Assembly: GCA_964016885.1 (NCBI GenBank)
Contig: OZ024761.1
Span: 23,746,001-23,810,000, forward strand
Direction: 5' to 3'
Source of the DNA: Eledone cirrhosa
Taxonomy: Eukaryota
Length of the DNA: 64,000 nucleotides
Positions 1 through 10,440 of the stretch are shown here, one piece after another. The first letter of the stretch is position 1. Every line of letters starts with the position of its first letter. A program made the translations under genes and the position numbers. The notes under the pieces were generated by a model. It saw nothing but the letters and a program-made list of their open reading frames with translations. It searched no databases and was not told the origin of the DNA.

Positions 1-2560
1 TACACGTATGTATATATATAGATAATTATTCGTAATAGGTGATGTGTAAGTAAACCCTATATACATTTACGTGTGTCTACTATACACACGTATGTATATA
101 TAGATAATCATTCCCAATAGGTGATGTGTAAGTAAACCCTATATACACGGATGCATATATAGATAATTATTCCTAATAGGTGATGTGTAAGTAAACCCTA
201 TATACATTTACGTGTGTCTACTATACACACGGAGGTGATATGTAAGTAAACCTCATATACACGGATGTATATATAGATAATGTGTAAGGAAACCCTATAT
301 ATATATTTACGTGTGTCTGCTATAAACACGGATGTATATATATAGATAATCATTCCAAATACGTGATATGTAAGTAAACCCTATATATACATGGATGTAT
401 ATATATATAGATAATTACTCCTAGTAGGTGATATGTAAGTAAACTCTTTATATACTGATCATGTGTATATAAAAACCTGTTCTCTGTAGAAAAGAAGCAA
501 GTAAGTAATCCTTCTCTATACATTACATACACAGTTACTGCTGTTGTCTAGAGTACAGCATACATATAGTGTGCCCCTATATACACTGATTATGTGTATA
601 TAAACAATTCTTATCTATAGAGAAGAAACAATTCAGTAAGTGATCTCTATATACACTGTTAGTTTCTAAATAAAGAAACTTCATATGTATTTATTTCTAC
701 TCGGTAAGTATACACTTACTAGGTGTATATAGATTAATTCTCTCCAGAAGTAATAACAATGTATATACTTCTGCCTAGAGAAGCCATCTCTATATATACA
801 CAAACACTTACCATTATAATCCTAGTTTCTCTCCTTTAGAAACTTTATATATACTTACCTCCTCTTTAATACACCTTATTAAGAAACAACTAAACACACA
901 TTTAATACGTATACATTCTTTATTTACAGGAACTTGGTTATTCCCACAACATCACTTGGAGGCTGAACATCTATAAAAGGAAATCATTTATATACGTTAT
1001 CAATAAAAAGAATATAAAACTATTCCTATTTTGTGTCTTATTACTACAGTGATAGAGGTATGTATCATAAAAGAAACTCAGAATGTTTCTTAAATGAGGT
1101 ATATACAGTGTACTTACCTATCCATGAAGTTTCTAAAGAAAGAAACCAATAATTCTCTATAGAGAATTAATTATATACACATAATCAGTGTATACAGTTA
1201 CATCTCCTTTTTCTAAAGGAGGAAACTTGGAATGTATATTATAGGGTCTACTTACTTGATCATTTCTTCTCTATAGAGAAGTGTCACCTCCATACACGTA
1301 ATAAGTGTATATAGAGGTTACCTACCTAAGGTAAAGAATATAAATATTCCTACAGTAGGTGTGTATATAGAGTTTACTTACATATCACTAATTATATATA
1401 TATATGAAGTTTCTAAATAAGGAAACTAAGAGTGTGTGTATATATATAGAGAGAGAGACACACATGCTGTATTCTATAGAATACTACAATAAGTATGTAT
1501 ATAATAAATACAGAGTTTACTTACTTACGTGTAGAGTTTCTTATATAAAGAAACACTTATCGTGTGTGTATATAGCGTACTTAATTGTTTCTAATATGGG
1601 TATGTTATTATCCAAAGTGGTAAATGAAGGTCTGTGTATATTGATTAGGATGTACTAAGAAGAATGCAAGTCTCTAAAGAAGCTCAGAATGTATGATTAC
1701 TACTACAACAGAGTTATATGGGGTTCCTAAAGAAAGAATATACATATAGATTACAGTGTGTATATAATTCTAACTAGACAATAACATTTATACTCGTAGG
1801 TTAAGTATATCATTACATGCCTATGAATGAAACTAGTTTTCTCTTTATTAAAGGAATCAGGTTCCTTACAGGCACCAAGTGTGTATATAGAGTTTCTTAA
1901 GAAAGAAATAGCTTCTATATGATATAGTTGTATTAGAATACAGTTTCTTATCTTGTGCAAACATGGTGTGGGTCTGTTTTCTATAAGGTATGTACCGTGG
2001 TAAGTGTGTGTGTATCTAGATAATTGTAAGGCTAAGCTATATCATATGCCTATGTAGATAAGGTTTCTAAAGAAAAACTGAGAGTGTAAATATAGAATAC
2101 GACTTCCTATAGTCAAGTGTGTATCTAGACAAAAACAGCAAGCAAGGTATATCGTTATATGTCTAGTGTTGTTTATATTGAGAAACAAATCAAGAATATA
2201 GAGTTTCTTTAGATAGAAATAACATCTATACGATATAGTTGTATTACTAAAGTTATGGAAGTATATACACATATGTATAGCATAATATAAACAGACACGC
2301 ATGATGTGGGTTTAGATGCTGTATTCTATAGGGTACAACTTCTTTCTAATAGATATATATCTAGACATGGATTATGTCTACCTACAGTAGAAATTATATA
2401 TATGTAGCTATATCTCTAGATTACTGTGTACATGTATACAAAAGAGAATACGACTTCTTTCTAATGGGTATGTAGCTAAACAATAACACTGTATAGAGGG
2501 GCTTTATGTATATAATATAGTAGTTTCTAAGAGGGTCAGGTAGATGTATGTTTACATATA
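1..2560. repeat. Degenerate AT-rich satellite-like region, with units in both orientations
   Basis: GGTGATRTGTAAGTAAACCCTATATAC recurs at roughly 55-80 bp spacing in 1-450; reverse-complement relatives at about 1150-1200 and 1360-1390; GTTTCTAAAGAAAGAAAC-like motifs throughout. Confidence 0.7.
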
Positions 2561-2639
2561 TACAGAACACAATAATAAACAACAAAGAAAAAGTTTGGTT
2601 TATTCGTTTATTTAGGTTTCCTCTTCAAAAAGAGATGTA

Positions 2640-2822
2640 CAGGGTGGTCCGATAAGTTTTGTCACATATTGTTTTAATAATATAATTTTCTGGGGGGTGT
2701 ATGGACACATGATCGTGTGTATTCTGGTAAGAGGATCTCTCACATGACTTCACTGCGATGTCAACGTAAACTGTTTCTTATTACATTTTGGTAGGCAGTG
2801 ACAAGACTTTCGGACCAGCCTG
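2640..2822. mobile_element. Tc1/mariner-type MITE
   Basis: TA|CAGGGTGGTCCGATAAGTTTTGTCAC ... GTGACAAGACTTTCGGACCAGCCTG|TA: ~25-bp imperfect TIRs with TA target-site duplication. Confidence 0.8.
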
Positions 2823-2849
2823 TAGTTGATTGTTAGTAATATAAATTAG

Positions 2850-3455
2850 ATTTAGTTTCGTATCTAGTGAACGGTGTTTATACATAAATAATATAGCTAT
2901 CAAGTAGGTGAGGGTGCTAAATGTAGTCAGGAGTTTAGTTTCGTATCTAGTGAAAAGTGTTTATACATAAATAATTGTTTCTACTTTAGGCACAAGGCCA
3001 GCAATTACCCAGTACATTACTGGTACTTTATTTTATCGACCCCGTAAGGATGAAAGGCAAAGTTAACCTGTTTATACATAAATAATATAGCTATCAAGTA
3101 GGTGAGGGTACTAAATGTAGTAAGGAGTTTAGTTTCGTATCTAGTGAAGAGTGTTTATACATAAATAATTGTTTCTACTTTAGGCACAAGGCCAGCAATT
3201 ACCCAGTTCATTACTGGTACTTTATTTTATCGACCCCGTACGGATGAAAGGCAAAGTGAACCTCGGCGGATTTGAACTCAGATCGTAAAGGGACGTAACT
3301 ATGATGGATGTTTATACATAAATAATATAGCTATCAAGTAGGTGAGGGTGCTAAATGTAGTCAGGAGTTTAGTTTCGTATCTAGTGAAGTGTGTTTATAC
3401 ATAGATAATATAGCTATCAAGTAGGTGAGGGTGCTAAATGTAGTACGGAGTTTAG
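2850..3455. repeat. Local tandem duplications carrying SINE fragments
   Basis: TTAGTTTCGTATCTAGTGAA...TAGCTATCAAGTAGGTGAGGG occurs 4 times; SINE pieces (TTTCTACTTTAGGCACAAGGCC...CGACCCCGTAAGGATGAAAGGCAAAG) at ~2975-3070 and ~3168-3300. Confidence 0.8.
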
Positions 3456-4274
3456 AGAGCTCCATACACGGCAGAGATATGAAGCTACCATGTTTCATTA
3501 AATAATAAAATATAGCCGTATGGTTTATTTTCTCAAGAGAAGTATAAATGTAGCTCTGGTAGTATGTATATAGTCTGAGAGAGAAGGTTTGTACATAGAT
3601 ATGAAGCTACCATGTTTCGTTAGATGTAAAATATAGCCGTATGGTTTATTTTCTCAATGGTTGAGAGAAGGTTTATATATAAATGTAACTTTATCCCTCC
3701 ACTATAAACAGAAATGTATACAGTGTTGAGAGGGGTTCGTTAGATAATAAAATGTAGCTCTGGTAATATGTATATAGACTCATAGAGAAGGTTTCTATAT
3801 CAATGTAACTTTATTCTGCCAGTATATAAGAAAAAATGTAGTTTCATGTGTACATGAAAGATAGTAGAACATTTATCGGCGAATGTTTAAATTGAATTTA
3901 CAGCCTTATTCAAAGAATATACATATTTACAATGTAGCTTTGTGTGTGTTTCCAAAAAGAAAATGTGTCTTCTTGTATATAGAAAAACGTATTTTTGTAT
4001 CTCAATATGTGTGTTAGAATTAGTTTGTGGAAAATAAAATATTACTTACTTGTTTAGACGGAGGTAAAATCCAAAGTGATGTTGTCAGTAGCCCGAGTGT
4101 AACTCGAATGATGTTAACGCTTCAACACACTAAAGAGAAATGACAACGAAGAAAGAAGAGTTCCACAAGGGGGAGATAATTCAATCAAAGGGCAGATAAC
4201 TCTAATTGGATTTTTTAGTAAAAACTCATGCGAGGGGGACGCAGGCCAGCATAAAGCCAGCCTGCTAATAGTCC

Positions 4275-4383
4275 CGGCCGACCCCGCAACGATTCGAACT
4301 TCAGACGCGATAGAGTGGTCATGCCATACCGAAGTACGACAGCGAAGCCAGAAACGCTACGTGCAGCGCCACGCACAAGCCGC
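4275..4383 (-). ncRNA. tRNA-like structured sequence (tRNA pseudogene, SINE head or other Pol III RNA)
   Basis: Minus strand: A-box-like TGGCGC, B-box GTTCGAATC, GCGCTG/TAGCGT stem, internal TGTCGTAC-TTCG-GTATGGCA hairpin. Cloverleaf is imperfect. Confidence 0.35.
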
Positions 4384-5879
4384 AATTCTACTAAGTCAAA
4401 TAGGCATACTTATGGCTAAAGTTTTCTTTCTTTTTCTAAAAAAAAAAACGGAAAGACAGCGAGACAACACGATATATTCCGAGTGTTATGTCGCCGTCTT
4501 TCCGTTTCTATATAAATATAATAGGATATATAGCCATTGAAGAACTACTAGTATTTTCTACATATATACATGCCAATAAATATACTTATTTCAAGATGCT
4601 AACATATATATTATATACAAATCTGTTAGGTGTATATATGGTCGGTGCGTAGACAATTAAACCGGCAACCGAACCAAGCTTGCTTAGTGAGGAGGGTGAT
4701 ATTTGGACACCCTGCGGGATAAATACAAGACCCGACAAAGGGCAGAGTCAACGACCACCCAAATAGTACTTCTTTTTTTTACCTGGGAGTGATAGGCCCC
4801 CCCGCCCCCCCGTTGTTGTCACAACACCTCGGGTAGTGTTTTCGATGATCAGAGAGTGGGATTAAAAATCTTCAAAGCACAGGAATTACTTGTTCAGGAT
4901 CTGTTACAAGCTCGTGTGACTGGCCGTAGCCTAAAAGTGCACCATTTACTCTAATCTGAGAAGCGATAGCAATGCTCTTAGCAGAGTTTGCAGCCATCAT
5001 ATGTGTAAATATATATATGTCTGTGTGTGTGTATGTATATATACAGGTGGTGCTATTAAGTTAGACATGGGCTGGGCCCATCCTGCGCTAGCATGAAATG
5101 GCTAGGTCATGTGATGCGGAAGGGTGAAAGTGACTGGGTAAAAGGAGTAGGGAGCCCATGATGAATATTGTGTACAGAAATGGAATGAGATGGCTAGGTC
5201 ATGTGTTGACCTAATCTTATTTACATTTGTTTGTTAGTGCCTATTAAATACAGATATGACAATAAGATTGAAGATGGGGCGAGACAATAAGATCTATGTG
5301 TGGTACCAGTGAGGTAGCCATTCTTAGCTAAACATAGCTGCTATATCTTCCTCAAATTACACTCTACCCTATATTCTCTTAAAATGTAAGAGACATATTT
5401 CTAGATACACAATGTCAGAAATACTAAGTAACACGAGATGGTCACGGTTGGAAGAATATCTATGAACGAAAGGTTTGCTTGGTTTAGGCTGACATGTCAT
5501 GACAGACACCGGGAAATTAATTTCTGTCTGAAAGATACTACATCCAGCTAACCCCGCCCCACTATAAAAAAAAGATGTAATAAATGTTATCAAAGACCCT
5601 AAATAAGTAACGTATAAAGATAAGGGTAAAAATAAACTAACATCTAAAAAACTTATGTTGTATTCGAGACAATCGAGGTAGCTGGGTTACTAACAACAAA
5701 GTTCCTATCATGGTTGACGACTTGCCTTACTAAAGTATTACACAATGTTTATAAAGGTCCTTAGTTTCGCTATCACAATATCTTGGCTTACCTTCACAAT
5801 ATTTAGAAGGAAATGCACGTTTTATTATTTTTTGTGTCTTTGTGAGCATATATATATATATATTATTTTGCTTATAATT

Positions 5880-6450
5880 TAGTTAAAAATTCAGCTAACT
5901 TTTGTTGAAAATACAGTCAATTTTTGGTGAATATTCACTCGAATCTTATTGAAAATTTAGCCAATTTTTGCTTAAAATACATCCAATTTTTGGTAGAAAA
6001 TTCAGCCAATTTCTGTTCAAAATTTAGTCACTATTTGTTCAAAATACAGCCACCTTCTGTTGAGAGTTTAGTCAATTTTTATTGAAAATTGAGCCTATTT
6101 TTGCTGAAAATACATCCAATTTTTGGTAGAAAATTCAGCCAATTTCTGTTCAAAATTTAGTCACTATTTGTTCAAAATACAGCCACCTCCTGTTGAGAGT
6201 TTAGTCAATTTTTATTGAAAGTTGAGCCAATTTTTGCTGAAAATACAGCCAATTTTTGGTGAAAAATCAGCTAATTTTTGTTCAAAATACAGCCAACTTT
6301 TGTTGAAAGTTTAGTCAGTTTTTATTGAAATTTTAGCCAATTTTTGCTGAAAATACAGCCAATTTTTGGTGAAAAATCAGCTAATTTTTGTTCAAAATTT
6401 AGTCAATCTTTGTTCAAAATACAGGCAACTTTTGTTGAAAGTTTAGTCAA
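5880..6450. repeat. ~22-bp degenerate A/T-tract satellite (unit 1; also ~9515-9930, 12200-12815 and equivalents, 31910-32400)
   Basis: Consensus like AATTTTTGTTCAAAATTTAGTC, with higher-order internal duplications. Confidence 0.9.
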
Positions 6451-6825
6451 ATTAATTTCTACAGATTTTTTTTGTTCCATTTTTAGATCATATTCATGAA
6501 AGAAATGAATTATGTATGTTGAAATATCCGGTATGATATAGAAATAAAGATTAGTTTGGGACTTACTATTTTGTTGTTTTTATCCATAACATGTACTAAT
6601 TTCGGATTTTCACTGTTGAAAGATTTCATAGTGATAGGGTCTGTCTACATGGTCAGACCCTTTGCGACCAACAAGATGAGCATTCTCGTTGAAAGATTTC
6701 CCATATATTTCACAGTGAAAATGTTTTTAGCTATAGAAATAAAGATTAGTTTGGGACTTACTATTTTGTTGTTTTTATCCATAACATGTACTACCTTTCG
6801 GATTTTCACTGTTGAAAGATTTCAT

Positions 6826-7760
6826 AGTGATAGGGTCTGTCTACATGGTCAGTCCCTTTGCGACCAACAAGATGAGCATTCTCATTGAAAGATATTCCAC
6901 AGTGATAGGGTCTCTCTACATGGTCAGTCCCTTTGCGACCAACAAGATGAGCATTCTCATTGAAAGATATTCCACAGTGATAGGGTCTCTCTACATGGTC
7001 AGTTCCTTTGCGACCAACAAGATGAGCATTCTCATTGAAAGATATTCCACTGTGATAGGGTCTCTCTACATGGTCAGTTCCTTTGCGACCAACAAGATGA
7101 GCATTCTCATTGAAAGATATTCCACTGTGATAGGGTCTTTCTACATGGTCAGTTCCTTTGCGACCAACAAGATGAGCATTCTCATTGAAAGATATTCCAC
7201 TGTGATAGGGTCTCTCTACATGGTCAGTTCCTTTGCGACCAACAAGATGAGCATTCTCATTGAAAGATATTCCACAGTGATAGGGTCTTTCTACATGGTC
7301 AGTTCCTTTGCGACCAACAAGATGAGCATTCTCATTGAAAGATATTCCACTGTGATAGGGTCTCTCTACATGATCAGTTCCTTTGCGACCAACAAGATGA
7401 GCATTCTCATTGAAAGATATTCCACAGTGATAGGGTCTTTCTACATGGTCAGTTCCTTTGCGACCAACAAGATGAGAATTCTCATTGAAAGATATTCCAC
7501 AGTGATAGGGTCTTTCTACATGGTCAGTTCCTTTGCGACCAACAAGATGAGCATTCTCGTTCAAAGATATTCCACAGTAATAGGGTCTTTCTACATGGCC
7601 AGTTCCTTTGCGACCAACAAGATGAGCATTCTCGTTGAAATATATTCCAGTGATAGGGTCTTTCTACATGGTCAGTTCCTTTGCGACCAACAAGATGAGC
7701 ATTCTCGTTGAAAGATTTCCCATATATTTCACAGTGAAAATGTTTTTAGCTAGTGAGATT
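6826..7760 (-). pseudogene. C2H2 zinc-finger-derived 75-bp minisatellite, unit 1 (12 repeats)
   Basis: Minus strand reads (CGISFNENAHLVGRKGTDHVERPYH)n; the leader reads *KHFHCEIYGKSF, a decayed EKPFHCEICGKSF. Confidence 0.75.
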
Positions 7761-7789
7761 TCTATTGTGAACAATTAAATATTCTCAGT

Positions 7790-8005
7790 AGTAGAAGGGT
7801 CGTGGGGATAGAGTCCTTAAGCATGCCTTCCATCCGGTCCTGTCCGAAGCAACCGTTTCCAACTGGTCCAGCTGCATCCACAAGTGATACCACAAGTGAT
7901 ACCTGCTATAGGGCTCCTCTGTCAGTTGGTTTTGCTCGTAAAATCTGTCCATTGAGACATTCTAACCACTGATCAATAACATCGAAAGATCCTGAGTGGA
8001 GTAAA
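7790..8005 (-). mobile_element. RTE-clade LINE 3' fragment (present in each B segment)
   Basis: Reverse complement matches the RTE-like fragment at ~41580-41850 (GTGGTTAGAATGTCTCAA, AAAACCAAC, CAGTTGGA). Confidence 0.7.
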
Positions 8006-8225
8006 CCTCAGATAAATTTTATTAAACAATTTTTCAATTAGATTATATAATGTTTGCAATAATAAAAATAAAATAACAAAAAGCAATGGAAATCGGAGGA
8101 AGGAGCAACTGATTGTACACTGCGGCCTGGGCACTATGTTTTAGCTGTACCCTGTGATGGACAGCCACTCCACTTCACAAGGCTTCTTCCGCATGTCGAA
8201 TGAACATACATTATATATATATATA

Positions 8226-8851
8226 CGAGCAGTGGTACCCGGCGTTGCACGGGATAAGGTATTTTGGAACGCGGGCCGCCAACAGACCTAATCGTGGAAA
8301 AACTGCATGCCTGGACAATATGTAAAGAAAATAAACCGAATACTCTAATGACTGGATAATCTTTAAGATTTTCCTCGATGAAGCAGGAAAGATGCAGGTT
8401 TTCACCTAATGGGGTTCAAGAAAATAATTTTTTCTTTATGTGCATAATATGCCTTGAAATTTCTGGAAAGTCGGCTAGACGTAACGCCTCAAAAAAGCCC
8501 CAAAAAGCTGAAAAAAATGAAGTTATTCACCTAATGCGGGCTCTAGGCCATAAAAAAGTTGGATTTTCTTTGCTCACGGTATGAAGAAGAGACTGACTAA
8601 TACATAGTTACAATTTCAAGGAAATCAGTCTGACGTAACGCCTCAAAAAAACCCCTAAAAACCTGAAAAAAACGCAGTTTTTCACCTAATGCGGGCCTTA
8701 GGGGATCAAAAGGTTGAATTTCTTCATGTACATAGCACTCCCTGAAACATAAGTAATACACATGTAAAGTTTGAAAAAAGTTGGTAGGGTACTTTTCGAG
8801 TTTTAGGGATTCAAATTCACAGACAGTCATACTCAGTTTTATATATAGAGA
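8226..8851 (-). mobile_element. Non-autonomous Helitron (other array copies 10914-11554, 14103-14747, 17488-18132, 20723-21367, 23958-24602, 27193-27837, 30578-31222)
   Basis: 5' TC..TATATATAAAACTGAG, subterminal hairpin CCCGTGCAACGCCGGG, 3' end CTCG instead of CTAG. Same family as 42265-42728. Confidence 0.8.
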
Positions 8852-8861
8852 TATGTGTGTA

Positions 8862-8914
<53 letters not shown>

Positions 8915-10107
8915 GTATATATGATGGCTGGCCCCTCGTTATCGAGTATGGCAATTGCACGATATACCATTATTAATTAATTCTATCGTGCAATGCCTGA
9001 AAATGTAAGAGACACATTACAGAATGTATTTCTAGATACACAATGTCAGAAATACTAAGTAACACGAGATGGTCACGGTTGGAAGAATATCTATGGACGA
9101 AAGGTTTGCTTGGTTTAGGCTGACATGTCATGACAGACACCGAGAAATTAATTTCTGTCTGAAAGATACTAGATCCAGCTAACCCCTCCCCACTATAAAG
9201 AAAAGATGAAATAAATGTTATCAAAGACCCTAAATAAGTAACGTATAAAGATAAGGGTAAAAATAAACTAACATCTAAATAACTTATGTTGTATTCGAGA
9301 CAATCGGGGTAGCTTGGTTACTAACAACAAAGTTCCTATCATGGTTGGCGACTTGCCTTACTAAAGTATTACACAATGTTTATAAAGGTCCTTAGTTTCG
9401 CTATCACCTGTAACAATATCTTGGCTTACCTAAACAATATTTAGAAGGAAATGCACGTTTTATTATTTTTTGTGTCTTTGTGAGCATATATATATTTTTT
9501 TTTGCTTATAATTTTTGTTGAAAATATAGTCAATTTTTGGTGAATATTCACTCGAACTTTATTGAAAATTTAACAAATTTTTGCTTAAAATACATCCAAT
9601 TTTTGGTAGAAAATCCAGCCAATTTCTGTTCAAAATTTAGTCACTATTTGTTCAAAATACAGCCAACTTCTGTTGAAAGTTTAGTCAATTTTTATTGAAA
9701 ATTTAGCCAATTTTTGCTGAAAATACAGCCAATTTTTGGTGAAAAATCAGCTAACTTTTGTTCAAAATTTAGTCAATCTTTGTTCAAAATACAGCCAACT
9801 TTTGTTGAAAGTTTAGTCAATTTTTATTGAAAATTTAGCTAATCTTTGCTGAAAATACAGCCAACTTTTGTTAAAAACTTAGTCAATTTTTGTTCAAAAT
9901 ACAGGCAATCTTTGCTGAAAATTTAGTCAAATTAATTTCTACAGATTTTTTGTTCCATTTGTAGATCATATTCATGAAAGAAATGAATTATGTATGTTGA
10001 AATATCCGGTTTGATATAGAAATAAAGATTAGTTTGGGACTTACTATTTTGTTGTTTTTATCCATAACATGTACTACCTTTCGGATTTTCACTGTTGAAA
10101 GATTTTA

Positions 10108-10440
10108 TAGTGATAGGGTCTGTCTACATGGTCAGTTCCTTTGCGACCAACAAGATGAGCATTCTCATTGAAAGATATTCCACAGTGATAGGGTCTCTCT
10201 ACATGGTCAGTTCCTTTGCGACCAACAAGATGAGCATTCTCGTTGAAAGATATTCCACAGTGATAGGGTCTTTCTACATGGTCAGTTCCTTTGCGACCAA
10301 CAAGATGAGCATTCTCATTGAAAGATATTCCACAGTGATAGGGTCTCTCTACATGGTCAGTTCCTTTGCGACCAACAAGATGAGCATTCTCGTTGAAAGA
10401 TTTCCCATATATTTCACAGTGAAAATGTTTTTAGCTAATG
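10108..10440 (-). repeat. ZNF-derived 75-bp minisatellite, unit 2 (4 repeats)
   Basis: Four GCGACCAACAAG cores at 75-bp spacing. Confidence 0.9.

Noticed and set aside
8973-9224. Repeated 83-aa ORF MITFISSF...
   Set aside because: TTG start, no recognisable domain; recurrence only reflects the array.
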